Origin: Prorocentrum cordatum
Lineage: Eukaryota
Direction: 5' to 3'
Length of the DNA stretch: 64,000 bases
NCBI GenBank assembly: GCA_963575745.1
Contig: CAUYUJ010000248.1
Span: 124,001 to 188,000, forward strand
Below, piece after piece: positions 37,991 to 50,729 of this stretch; position 1 is the stretch's first letter; each line of letters begins with the position of its first letter. The notes under the pieces are model-generated. The model worked only from the letters and a program-made list of their open reading frames with translations, was not told the DNA's origin and made no database searches. Made by a program: the position numbers and the translations under genes.

Positions 37991-39578
37991 GTGGTGATCG
38001 GCGACCTCGGCTGTGTGGAGATGGCGGATTCCCGCGACAGGTTGAAGAAGAAACTGCGCTACATCCCGACCTGCGATGACCTCGGAGTACGCACGCCCGC
38101 TTACAGAGCGGTAGACGTTTTCTTGGGGAACCAGCGCTACTCAGAGGACCTGGACATCTGGTCCATCGGGCGCCTGGTCGCGGAGTTGTGCGCGCGCCAG
38201 GTGTTGTTCCAACCAGAGCCTTTTGGCGCGATCGGGCAGCCATGGGTGCACGCGAAAGACTTCGCGGATACCTTCAGGGAGGTCTTGGGGGCCCCAGGCG
38301 AGGAGCCAGGGTCCGGAGACTACGGTTACGAGGATCCCGCCCCGTGGCTGGACAACCTGCCTTTCTTTAAGAAGTGGTTCAAGCGGTCGGGCGAGGATTG
38401 GCTAAAGGCTGAAACAGCGAAGCCACTCGACGGCAGAGGACGCTGGCCCGTTGCCGAACTTGCAGGCTGCCCCCCCAGACTTATTGAAGGCCGCCGAGAG
38501 CTGCCTGCTTTGGCACCCTGGCGCCAGAGCGACAATCAGCCGTCTAAGGGCGCGTCGCTTCCTGCAGCCGGCTGGCGCCCAGCTCGACGTGCGCATCTCC
38601 ATGGCGCAGGGGAAAAACGGCACGGGCACGATAGCGGAGGCGGAGCTGGACCCAGACTTGCCCCGCTTCTTGCAAAGAGACCCGCGCTGGCAGAACTTGG
38701 CCAAGGAGCGCCTGGACACGGGAGCAACCGTCTCCAAATGCGTCCGAGGCGACGAGGCGGCGCAGGGCTTAAAAACAGAGGTCGCAGGCATCGTGGACGA
38801 CGAAAGCCCCCCGAAGTGCCGCAGCCTCAACAAGGGCGGGAATTTGCAGATCACCCCCTCGCCCCACATGGCCGCCTTCGCGCGAGCGCTGCGGAAGAAG
38901 ATGCGCCCGCGGCTGCAACAGCTGGGAGACAAAATGCGCGAGGCTGTCAAAGCCGACGGCATGCCACCTGCCATCGCCGAGCAGAACGGAAGACCCATCA
39001 TGACAGAGCACTTCGCCGACAACGCGTTCGCGTACGCATCGATCCAGCTCATGCAACCAGGCGCGCGGGACGATGGTTGGCACACAGATGGCGGATGCTC
39101 CCTGTTGCACGCGGCCGTGACGCTTTTCGGGACGCGCTCCGTGCAAGTGAGGATCCCAGGGGGAGCACATGATGGGGCGTCACCCTCGAGCACAGCCTCC
39201 TGCGGAAGGGTCGTCACCCCCGAGCAAAAGCCTGGGTCCTTCTACATGGGCACCCTGTCCTCCCTCGAGCACAACGCGCACCGCCACGCCTCCGCGGGCT
39301 GCCAGGACTGTTTCGCGACCCACCACGAGCTGCAACAGCGCGTAGACGACAGCAGGCTGCAGATCGCCGTCATGATCCGCTCCGACGTCTTTCGGGAGTA
39401 CAGGGCGCGCAGGATCGACGCCACGCCCGACCCGAAGGAGTTCTTCAACGTCCTGAACCACGTCGTGGCCGATCACCTGGCGCGGGCCCCCGTGGCGCTG
39501 CCCGACCTCACGGAGGTGCTTGACGAAATGCGGTGGCCCGCTTCCACGGAGGCTGTGGGGCTTTCCGATTCCGATTAG
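37991..39578 (+). pseudogene. Ser/Thr kinase C-lobe (CMGC-like) fused to a 2OG-Fe(II) dioxygenase (AlkB-like) domain; one frameshift at a C run near 38470
   Basis: Acceptor ccgcag|GTG, then VVIGDLG, TPAYRAVDV, DIWSIG, CLLWHPGARAT; then GWHTDGG, PGSFYMG..LEHN, QIAVMIR. Confidence 0.75.
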
Positions 39579-39619
39579 GCTGCAACAGTATCCGAATCCG
39601 ATTAGACTGCCACAGTATT

Positions 39620-40145
39620 CAGCATCATCATCAGCATCATCATCTTCATCGCCATCATCATCGCAATCATCGGCTTCATCATCATCGTCATCATCACCCT
39701 CATCAACATGTTCACGCCGCCATCATCGTCATGCGGGTCATGACTTAATCATCATTATCACTACATGATGATGACGATGACGAGGAGATGATGATGGATA
39801 TTATGATGATGACGATGATGAGGAGATGGTGATGATGATGGCGATGACGCGGACGATGATGAATGTCATGACGACGATGATGACGATGATGATGACGATG
39901 ATGCAAAAACAGGTTGAGTCGGCTGAGTCCGAAAAGCCCGCCCTAAAGACAGCCAGGATGATGATGAGGAGGATGAGGATGAGGATGAAGATGAGGATGA
40001 GTATGAGGATCCGGATGAGGATGAGGATGAGGATGACCATGATGATGATGATGATGTTGGTGGTGATGGTGATGGTGATGGTGATGATGGTGATGGTGAT
40101 GGTGATGGTGACGGCGATGGTGATGGTGATGGTGATGGTGATGAT
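39620..40145. repeat. (CAT)n/(GAT)n microsatellite
   Basis: Directly visible. Confidence 0.9.
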
Positions 40146-40212
40146 ATTTGGCATCATCAATACTATCAGTATTAGTATGGTTATTGCTGTTGTTTTTATT
40201 GTTATTACTATT

Positions 40213-40758
40213 AATTCCCTACCTAGGCTCTGCCTAGAAGGGTTCGTACTCTCTGGGCTTAAAGGGCCGGGCAGTGGAAAGCGCCCGGGGCGGTTTCCCC
40301 CGTATCCGCCCCGCGGTTCCCCCAGTTACGCTTACCTAGGCTTAGCCTAGAGGGTTATTTTAGCTTAGCACAGCGCAGCGCTGCATTAGCATAGCATAGC
40401 ATAGCATAGCATAGCATAGCATAGCATAACATAGCCAAGCATGGCACAGCATAGCATAGCGCAGCACAGCATAGCGCAGCATAGCATAGCATAACATAGC
40501 CTAGCATAGCATAGCATCGCATAGCATAGCATAGCGCAGCTTAGCTTAGCTTAGCTCAGCATAGCATATCATAGCATAGCATAACTTAGCATAGCACAGC
40601 GCAGCATGACATAGCTTAGCTTAGCATAGCATAGCATATCATAGCATAGCACGACATAGCGCAGCATAGCATAGCATAGCATAGCGTAGCATAGCATAGC
40701 AACTAATGCTGCTGTCCTAGGGCCCCCAACTTCTAGATAGGGCCGCACTGGGGGTAAT
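40213..40758 (-). mobile_element. Inverted copy of the (GCTAT)n-carrying element at 9404-10340
   Basis: Both unique ends match the 9404-10340 ends in reverse complement; (ATAGC)n core; T-rich flanks. Confidence 0.8.
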
Positions 40759-40819
40759 TTTGTTATTCGCATCATTATTGCCACCATTAACCTTCGTCTC
40801 ATTAGTTGTATGGTTGCTA

Positions 40820-40904
40820 CATCCATATTATTATTATTGTTATTATCATCATTATTATGTATTATTATCAATATGTTTGTTATTATTATTGATATTATTA
40901 TTGA

Positions 40905-40945
<41 letters not shown>

Positions 40946-41320
40946 GTATCATTAGTATTGTTATTACTATTATTAGTATTATTATTATTATTATTCTTAT
41001 TATTATTGTTAATATTACTGTTAATAATATCATTATTCGGAGGAGGAGGAGGAGCAGGAGGAGGAGGAGGAAAAGGAACAGGAGGAGGAGGAGCAGGAGG
41101 AGGAGGAGGAGGAGGAAGATGGTGAGGAGAGGAGGCGGGGGAGGAGAGGAGGAGGAGGAGGAGGAGGAGGAGGAGGAGGAGGAGGAGGAGGAGCAGGATG
41201 AGGAGGAGGAGAAGATGAGGAGGAGAGGAGGCGGGGGAGGAGGAGAGGAGGAGGAGGAGGAGGAGGAGGAGGAGGAGGAGGAGGAGGAGGAGGAGGGGGA
41301 GGAGGAGGAGGAGGTGGAGG
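40820..41320. repeat. (TAT)n followed by (GAG)n microsatellite
   Basis: Directly visible. Confidence 0.95.
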
Positions 41321-41735
41321 CGGCAAGCGGGGCTCGCCCCCTCCAGCTGCCCCAGTCGTGATTCCCCACGTCGCCGCAAGTTTCTCGAGGCGTCGAATCT
41401 CATGGACTCCATGCGCCCGCGCTCCGGGGGACAGCAACTGACTGCCTCACCGATCCCGAGCCAAGGCTGATCTTGGGCCCAGGAGCAGACGGGGCTATGA
41501 CGAGAACGCTCCCAGAGCGCTCTGGAACGCTCTGAGAAGGCCGCGGTGCCCGAGACACACTCCAGAGCCGCTGGACGTATCCTCACCCGATGTTGTCCAT
41601 GTGCATGCCCTCTGGGCTTGGCCAGGAGGGCATGCACACGGGGATCTGGGGCCCTGCTCCTGGAGCGCCCCGGCAGCTCTGAGCGTCTGGCTGGGAGCGT
41701 CTAGGGGTGAAAGCGAGTCTGAGTCACCGACGGGT

Positions 41736-41827
<92 letters not shown>

Positions 41828-42279
41828 AGCAGCGGCGGCGGCGGCGCGGCGGCGGCGGCTGCGATCAGCAAGGGCGCCCTCGAGGGCGCGAAGTTATTCG
41901 CGCTTCGCGCTTCGCGGTTCGGCTCCGATTCCTCCTCACCCTCCACTTCTCCCCTGGGAGGTGGCGCGAGAGCGCGAAGTTATTCGCACTTCGCGCTTCG
42001 CGCTGCGCGAAGCGCGAAGTTAGGAGCCCTTGATCAGTGACGGCGGCTACGGTCAGGAGAGACGACGACGACGACAACGACGACGACAGTAACGACGACA
42101 GCAACGACGACAGCAACGACGACAGCGACGACGACAGCGACGTTGACGACATCTCACAGACAGACAGACACTGGGCAGGCCCCTCCCCTTCTCTCCACCA
42201 TCCTCCTCGTCGTACCGCCTCGCTTCTCGTTCACCTTCCTCCTTTCTCCCTCCTCCTGCGTCCTCATCCTTATTCCAGC

Positions 42280-43055
42280 GCCTCGCTCGAGACATCCTCA
42301 AAATCCGCTTCCTGGCGGCTCCTCCTTGGGATGCTGAAGCGAGTGCCTCGCTTCAGGCATCCTCGCAATCTGCTCCCTGGCAGCTCCCCCTTCGGGTGCT
42401 ACGGCCAGCGCCTCGATAACGACATCCTCTCAATCTGCGTACAAAGCACAGACGAAGGCCGGCCAATACAGTCAGGCCGTCTGAGACAGCCCAGCAATCC
42501 GGGCGCGAACGAGGCCGTGCGACCACCCGTGGTGACTCCCCCCTCGGGTGCAGAAGCCCACGATCGCATGAGACATCCTCACCAATTTGCTGTGAAAGCA
42601 GAGGAGCCTGGGCCACCAGACTGGCAGACCGTTGAACACATCCCCGCAGTCTGGCCGCGAACGGGGCTGTGCAACCAAGCTCCCCCTTGGGTTGCTGAAA
42701 CTGGCAAGTAGCCTGAGACATCCTCGCATTCTGTTCTGAAAGCAGATGAGTCTGGGCGCGATCGGGGCCGTGCAACCACCCCTGGCGACTCCCCCTCGGG
42801 TTGCTGAAGCCGGCAAATCGTTTGAGACATCCTCACAACTTGATCTGGAAGCAGAGGAGTCTGGGCCACCGAACAGGCAAGCCATTTGAGACGTCCCCAC
42901 CGTCTGGCCAGGAACGGGGACGGGCAACCACCCCTGGCGGCTGCACGTCGGGGTGCTGAGACCAGCAAATCGCTCGAGACTTCCTAACAAGTTGAGTTGA
43001 AAGCAGAGGAAGGAGCCTGTGCCACCAGACAGACAAACCGCTTGAGACATCCCCC
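42280..43055. repeat. Degenerate tandem repeat (gagacatcctc...aaagcagaggag...gggccacc)
   Basis: Recurrent modules of roughly 100-170 bp. Confidence 0.7.
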
Positions 43056-43169
43056 TAATCGGATTGCGATCCGTGGAGTGAAAACACCCTTGGTGGCTCC
43101 TCCTCGGGGCGATAAATCGTCACCTCGATCGAGACAGCCGCACGATCTGCGAGTCCAAGAGCGAGCGAG

Positions 43170-43560
43170 GCTGCGCGAGTCTGAATGAGTCTGACCGAGA
43201 GCGAAGTCTGAGTGCGAGTGAGTCTGGGCGTGATTGAGTCTGAGAGCGATTGAGTCTGAGTGTGAGTCAGTCTGAGTGTGAGTGGGTTTGAGTATGAGTG
43301 GGTCTGGGTACGCGTGCACATGACTGCTTCGCGAGTCCTAGCGCGAGCGAGGCTGAGTTTGCTTGGGCTCGACTGCGAGTGACTCTGCGCGTGAGTAAGT
43401 CTGAGCATGCGTGGGTCTGAGTGCGAGTATGAGTGAGACTGAGTGTGAGCGGGTCTGTGTGTGAGTGGGTCAGATCAGTGAGTCTGAATGTTGGTGAGCA
43501 AGTCTGAGTGTGAGTGAGTCTGAATGTGATGAGTGAGCCTGAGTGTAAGTGAGAGAGAGT
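43170..43560. repeat. (GAGTCT/GAGTGT)n minisatellite
   Basis: Directly visible. Confidence 0.85.
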
Positions 43561-43692
43561 GAGGACGAGAAGGCTGAGGGGGATGGGAGTTGTGTCGGAG
43601 GCGTATAAAAACGTATTCGTATGCATTACGATGATATCCCTATCTCATGATATTTGGGGAATAAACTGCGCAGAAACATCAGGCGGGAGCCA

Positions 43693-45294
43693 CTGTTGTT
43701 GTTGTTGTTGAACATTATTTATTCTAAAGAATAATTATTGTTGGGCCCCCTGGTGCGCGCCCCCCCTGCGCCGCCTAGGCCGCAGCTACATTTTCATCAT
43801 TTTCGTGAGGAAGCCTCAGGTAAAACGATGTGATCCAGATCCGGTTGTTTTGTTGTAATCCGTTTTCCCTTGCAAAAAACACTATAAAATGACATTTCTT
43901 GTTCTAATATAATCAAATTTCAAGAATCCCTTGCAAAAAATAAGGTAAAGTGGACATTCGCGCGCGCAAGACGAAATCCTTCCAAAAGCTTAGTGTTCGC
44001 AGCGATTTTAACATAACAACATCAAAAAACCAATGGTTTTTCAACAAAAAATGTCAAAATTTCATCCCGCGCGCTCTTGCGGATTCGTAGGAAACCCAAC
44101 ACTTTTTAAACATTTCTGTCAAACGGGCTTTTGCGAGCAACTTTTTCGAACTTCTGCGACAACGGTTGCGCACCTGCCAGGGCCATCATCCCTGTCAAAT
44201 AATACCATGCGGGACACATTCGTTTTTTCTTCGCGCGCGCACGCCGAAATCTCCAAAAACCATTGGGCTTCTTAAGAATTTTAGCACCGCGCATCATAAA
44301 ATCACACGAATCGCACCGTAGGTCCTCGAAAAACACCTGCACGACTTTTCAAAATTTCTACCCGCGCGCGCTGTCCTAACAACTTCTGTGGGTGTGTACT
44401 CCACGCCAGTGTAGTAGCCACGGTCGTCCGCAGGCCACGAAGTGAAGTGTCCGAACGTCATAGGGCGGGAAGCTGGGTGTGGGTGGTGGCGAAGAGTCGT
44501 GTGGATATTTGGTAGAGCTTGCACTGCCCCCCCACAAAGTGGGGGTATTGGCTGGCGTCGCATGAAAACCCTGGCACTGGTGAGAACACTGAGCGTTCGG
44601 GTAAAGTGATTGTTGTTGTTGTTGTTGAACATTATTTATTCTAAAGAATAATTATTGTTGGGCCCCCTGGTGCGCGCCCCCCCTGCGCCGCCTAGGCCGC
44701 AGCTACATTTTCATCATTTTCGTGAGGAAGCCTCAGAAAAGAGGGTGTGTACAGGATCCGGTTGTTTTGTTGTAATCCGCTTTCCCTTGCAAAAAACAAT
44801 AGAAAATGACATTTCTTGTTCTAATATAATCAAATTTCAAGAATCCCTTGCAAAAAATAAGGTAAAGTGGACATTCGCGCGCGCAAGACGAAATCCTTCC
44901 AAAACCTTAGTGTTCGCAACGATTTTAACATAAAAACATCAAAAAACCAATGGTTTTTCAACAAAAAATTGTCAAAATCTCATCCCGCGCGCTCTTGCGG
45001 ATTCGTAGGAAACCCAACACTTTTTAAACATTTCTGTCAAACGGGCTTTTGCGAGCAACTTTTTCGAACTTCTGCGACAACGGTTGCGCACCTGCCAGGG
45101 CCATCATCCCTGTCAAATAATACCATGCGGGACACATTCGTTTTTTCTTCGCGCGCGCACGCCGAAATCTCCAAAAACCATTGGGCTTCTTAAGAATTTT
45201 AGCACCGCGCATCATAAAATCACACGAATCGCACCGTAGGTCCTCGAAAAACACCTGCACGACTTTTCAAAATTTCTACCCGCGCGCGCTGTCC
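43693..45294. repeat. AT-rich tandem duplication, period ~918 bp
   Basis: 43711 onward matches 44628 onward; identical ORFs at 44106-44342 and 45024-45260. Confidence 0.95.
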
Positions 45295-45721
45295 GAATCC
45301 TAAAAAAACCAATGGTTTTCCAACATTTATGTTACATGAGCTCGCGCGAGCTACTTTCGCACGCTCTTGCAACGGGGTTCGCGCGCCTGCCAGGGGCCAC
45401 AATCCCTTGCGGTTGCGCCATAGGTTGCGCCCTCGGCCGCCGAGAATAAAACGTCCCCCTATTGGTTGCGCCATAGGTTGCGCCCTCGGCCGCCGAGAAT
45501 AAAACGTCCCCCTACTGGTTGCGCCATAGGTTGCCCCAGGAGGCCTTCAAGAGGCCCCAAGAGCCCGCCGTGAGGACCCAATAAGCCGCGGCGGGGAAAA
45601 GACGGTGGGTGGGCGTGCAAGCGCCGTTCCCGCCCCTCCTCTCTCTTCTCTCCTTTCCTCCTTGTCCTGCTCCTCCTCCTCCTCCTCCTCCGGCGGGGGG
45701 CGTGAGGATCCGGCATCGCTC

Positions 45722-45932
45722 ACAACCATCGGGACAACCATCGGGACAACCATCGGAACAACCATCGGGACAACCATCGGGACAATCATCGGGACAGTCA
45801 TCGGGACAACGATCGGGACAAGCACAACCATCAGGACAACCATCGGGACAATCATCGGGACAACGATCGGGACAACCACAACCATCAGGACAACCATCGG
45901 GACAACCATCGAGACAACCATCGGGACAACCA
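45722..45932. repeat. 12-bp minisatellite ACAACCATCGGG
   Basis: Directly visible. Confidence 0.95.
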
Positions 45933-46134
45933 TATCCTCTCTCTCTTGTGTATTCCCACATCCCTCAGGAATTTGCCCTAAAGATGTGATCAACTATCTT
46001 GTGAGTACGTATCATGTGTATCATGTGTATCATGTACCATATGCATCATATGCAACAGATGTTCTGTGGAAGGCTTAACAACTTCTGTGGGTTAACAAGG
46101 CTTAACAACTTCTGTGGGTGTACGAACGTAGGCT

Positions 46135-46366
46135 TAACAACTTCTGTGGGTGTGTACTCCACGCCAGTGTAGTAGCCACGGTCGTCCGCAGGCCACGAAG
46201 TGAAGTGTCCGAACGTCATAGGGCGGGAAGCTGGGTGTGGGTGGTGGCGAAGAGTCGTGTGGATATTTGGTAGAGCTTGCACTGCCCCCCCACAAAGTGG
46301 GGGTATTGGCTGGCGTCGCATGAAAACCCTGGCACTGGTGAGAACACTGAGCGTTCGGGTAAAGTG

Positions 46367-46401
<35 letters not shown>

Positions 46402-46455
46402 CGCTGCTGTTGTTGTTGTTGTTGTTGTTGCCGTTGCTGCTGCCGCTGTTGTTGA
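46135..46455 (+). repeat. ~230-bp block apparently identical to 44377-44609, followed by (TGT)n
   Basis: taacaacttctgtgggtgtgtactcc...gagcgttcgggtaaagtga in both places. Confidence 0.9.
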
Positions 46456-46639
46456 ATACTCATTTCTAGATAATAATCATTGTTGATCCCTGAAAACGGT
46501 TCCACGCGCTCTCGCCTCGATGCCGGCTGCAATTCCTCTAAAAACGAGGCTCCCGCTCGAGCGTGGGCTTGAGTGTGAATATGTGCCCTTGGTGGCCCAG
46601 CTACAACAACATCGGCTCCCGTTTGATATTTCCTCACAC

Positions 46640-47110
46640 GTTACTTCCAGACACCCTGGCGAGAGAGGCCCCCGAACTCAGAAGCGGCGCTCTCGCTCGA
46701 GGCTTCCTCGCAATTCAGTCAAGTGGGTGGAGGCCCAGCCGCAGCGACAAGTGCTCCTGCTCGATACTTCTTCCTCACGATTTAGTCCGAGAGCCCCTGG
46801 CCAGGAAGGCCCCCGAACTCAGGAACGGCGCTCTCGCTCGAGATTTTCTCGTGATTCAGTCAGATTGGTGGAGGCCCAACTACGATGACAAGGGCTCTCG
46901 TTCGATATTACCTCGCGATTTACTCCAGGAACCCCTGGCCAGGAAGACCCCCGAACTCAGGAACGGCGCTCTCGCATGAGATTTTCTGGTAATTCAGACA
47001 AGTTACGACAAGGGCTCCCGTTCGATATTTTCCATCTCCATGTATATTCCGAGGGCCCCTGGCCAGAGAGGCCCCCGAACTCAGGAACGGCGCTCTCGCT
47101 CGAGAGTACC
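46640..47110. repeat. ~130-140-bp tandem repeat, 4 copies
   Basis: ccctggcca..aaggcccccgaactcaggaacggcgctctcgctcgag. Confidence 0.9.
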
Positions 47111-47194
47111 TCGCACTTCAGTCAGTGGCCGACAAGGAAGATATTCCCCCTGAAAGGGGGTGCGATTCAAGACGAAGTGGGCGGGTATCGAGGG

Positions 47195-48220
47195 TTGGGT
47201 TCACCCTGGAACGGTTCCGGGCTGAAAATCCACCTGAAGCGCTCGCGACCAACATTGGGCGAGGGAGCCCAGCTGCGAGAAAAAGGCTCCCCAATCTGAG
47301 ATTTCATTTGAAAAATTACGATTTTCTATGCTGGGGCCCCCCCCCCAACCCCCGAGAGCGTGTTTTTTTTGCGCTGGGAAGGGTCCCAGCAGAATTTTCC
47401 ACTGTAGCGGCTCCGGGGTGACAATCCATCTGGGCGCCCCCGACGCTAGGCGGGGCAGCCCAGCCGCGAGAAAATGGTTCCCCGATCAGAGATTTCATTT
47501 GGAAAATGGCAGTTGCTGGTGCTCGGATATGCCCCCCCTGATCCCCGAGAGCGTTTGTTTGGAATCGGGAGGGTGCCATATGATGGATTTTCACCCTGGA
47601 ACGGTTCCGGGGCGAAAATTCATTTGGAGCGCTCCCGACGCTGGGCGGGGGGGTCCAGCCGCGAGAAAAAGGCTGCGCAAAAAGAAATTGTATTTGGAAA
47701 ATGGCGAGTTTGCGGGCTCGGGTGCAACCCACCCTGCTTATTTCCAAGAGCGTTTTTTTTTGCACTGGAGGGGTGCCAGATGGATTTTCACCCTGGACCG
47801 GCTGCGCGGTGAAAATCCATCTGGGCGCTCCCGACGGTGGGCGACGGGGGCCAGTCGCGAGAAAAAGGTTCCCCGGTAAGAGATATCATGCGGAAAGTGA
47901 TGATTTTTCGGAGCTCGGGCACCCCCCCTTACTCATCTCCGAGAGCGTTTTTTTGCACTGGGGGCAGATGGGTTTTCACCCTGGAACTGTTCCGGGGTGA
48001 AGATCCATTTGGAGCGCTCCCGACGGTGGGCGAGGGGAGCCCAGCCGCGAGACAGAGGCTCCCCAACAAGAGATCTCATGCGGAAAATTGCAATTTTGGG
48101 AGCTGGGGTACACCACCCCCTCCCTAGCCCCGAGAGGCGGCCCATGAGGCTCCTGAGAGCGCCCAGACGGAAAATCACCCCCTGCAGGCTTTCATTTTCA
48201 CCCCGGAACGGTTCCAGGGT
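47195..48220. repeat. ~190-bp tandem repeat, about 5 copies
   Basis: ttttcaccctggaacggttccgggg..aaaatccatttggagcgctcccgacg. Confidence 0.85.
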
Positions 48221-50729
48221 GATTCTGGACTATGAAACGGGTGGATGCGCTAAGAAAATCCAGGGACCACGGGAGCGTCGCGCGGGCGGACCGGGCGAAC
48301 CCCCGCGGGCGGGGCGCGAGGGAGTCTCAAGGGGGGAGGGCTTCGAGGAAATTGCGGGGGAGAGGCCCACGCGAGAGAACGCGATTCCTGGGTTAAAAGT
48401 CTTGGACGGGAGCGGGCCTAGGAGGAGGAGGAGGAGGAGGAGGAGGAGGAGGCCTGCGTGAATTGCAAGGAATCCTCAGGCGGCAGCCGCTGTTGTAGTT
48501 CGGAGGCCAGGGGCCCACGTTTGGAGCGAAGCCCGCGCTCGAGCGCAGCCTCGCTTTCGTAGAGTGTGCCCCACGCTCGACCAAGAGAGCGCTCCATCCA
48601 TCTTCCGTAGACCAACCGCAATTGTTCCTTAGAAGTGCTGCAGCAGCAGCAGCAACAACAACAAGAGTGTGGCGGGCGCCGAGGGGACAGGGCCCTTCGG
48701 AGCGATCGCTGGAGCTCCGAATATCTAGGGTGGTGGGAAGCCGTGAGAAGTCAGTGCGCGGAGTTGGCGTTGGCGGGCGAACGGCCGCAAGTCGTCGGGG
48801 TAGACGGGGGAGTAGAAGTCGTCATGAGCCATCGTGCAGGGAGGCTACGAGGCCCTCCCCTGCCCCTGCCGGGCCGCCCCTCCCTCCCCTGCCCCTGCCG
48901 GGCCGCCCCTCCCCTACGTCGTCACGAGCCTATCCCCCTCCCTCCCCTGCCCCTGCCGGGCCGCCCCTGCCGCTACGCTTTTTGCGCGCCTGTCCCCTCC
49001 TCCTTCCTCCTCCTCCTGCTGCTGCCTTCCTCTCCCCTTTCTCCCGGTTGTATGTACTCGTGCGCAGGCCGGGCTCCAGAGGGAGGCCGGCCATTGTGTA
49101 CAGGTGCAGGACTTCGGGGACCATTGCTCAGGGCAGCCCCCTGAGAGCTGGCGGGGGCGCCCCACCCGCGGCCAGCGGAGGAAGAAGATGAAGAGGAGGA
49201 GGAGGAGGAGTGCGAAGGGAAAGCGGAGGGAGGAGGAGGCAGGAAGGATAGGATATACGGCAGGCAGGTAGGTTGCCCCAGGGTGGATGGGCGGGAGAGC
49301 TGGCAAAGGTACAGCCAGCCAGGGCACCATCGAGATGCTCAACGTGCGCTTCAACAGCTCAAGGCTTCTACAATTTCGTCTATCCTTCCCCTCCCCCTCC
49401 TGTCCAATCCTTCTCCCCAAGGCATGCCCAGCAGCGGCAGTAAGTCGACCCGCTGTTGTGGCCGCGTCTTGTCTGCACACTGCGGCATATGGCAACCCCG
49501 CCGTGGTTCGCGAACTTGCCCCTACTCTTCAGCCGCCAAGTGTGTGGTTGAAGGCACCACCTTCGCTTCCAAGCCTGCGATCCACCTCGCCCTCCTTCTC
49601 CTGTTCCTCCCCTCTCCCCCCCGCATATCTCTCTCCCGATTCGCCCTCGTTTCCTGGGCAGGCTCCCACCGACTTGTAGGTGTCAAGGGACTCCGATGGA
49701 ACTACCCACCTCGCCCTCCTCCTCGCTCCTCGCCTGTGCCTTGTTCATCCAATTGCGCTACCGCGCGAATCCGCCACTGCGCTTGCAGCGGGCGTTGCCA
49801 GGGGGGCCTGGTCGGGGGGGTGGGGGGGGGCGTGCAGTGGAACCCGGCACCCAGAACTTTGATCCGGGGAATGGAACGCTAACGACAGGATGCAGTCAAA
49901 CAGATTCAAACAGTGAACGCGTGTTGGCCTTTGCGCCTCGGGGGCATGGGGCGTCATCGCTTCGCGCGGGGCTAGGGCAGGGATGAGTATCTCTGGCTCT
50001 GGGGCTGTTCCGGAACGCTCTCAAGGCATCCCAGAACGCTGTGGGAAGGCCGCAGCGCCCGAGATGTCTTTTAGAACCGACGGACTTCAGAGATCCCCGA
50101 TTTGTCCCTGTCCGATTTTGTTGTTGTCTTGGCGTCGTCTGAGGGGAAGCGTCATTGCTTCGCAAAGGGCGGGACTATGGAAAAAGGCAGGGGTCCAACA
50201 CCCGCCAAGTGCTGCAGTCGCGGTGGCGGGCATTTCTTTTCCTCCTCCTCCTCCTCCTCCTCCTCCTTCTCCTCCCCCTCCTCCTCCGAAAACACTTCCT
50301 CCTCCTCCTCCTCCTCCTCATCCTCGTTCGTTCTCCTCCTCGTTCTTTCTCCTCCACGTTCTTTATTCGTCTCGTTATTTATCCTCCTCGTTCTTTCTCC
50401 TCGTGTTTTCTCCTTCTCGCGTTTCTTTTTCTCGTCCCTCCTCCTCGTCGTTTTTCCTTCTCCTCCTCGTTTTTGTTTCTCATCCTCCTTCCTCCCCATC
50501 CTCCTTCCTCATCATCCTCCTCGCCATTACACCTCGAGCTCCTTCCTCCTCAGACTTCCTCCTCCTCCTGCTTCTCCTCCTCCTCCTCCTCCTCTTGCTC
50601 CTCCCTCCTCCTCTTCCTCCTCCTCCTCCTCCTCCTCTTGCTCCTCCCTCCTCATCTTCTGCAGCGACTGCTTGTGACCCAACACCGGGGTTTGGGGGGC
50701 AGCTGCGCGCGCTGGCGGGGCCGGGAGGG

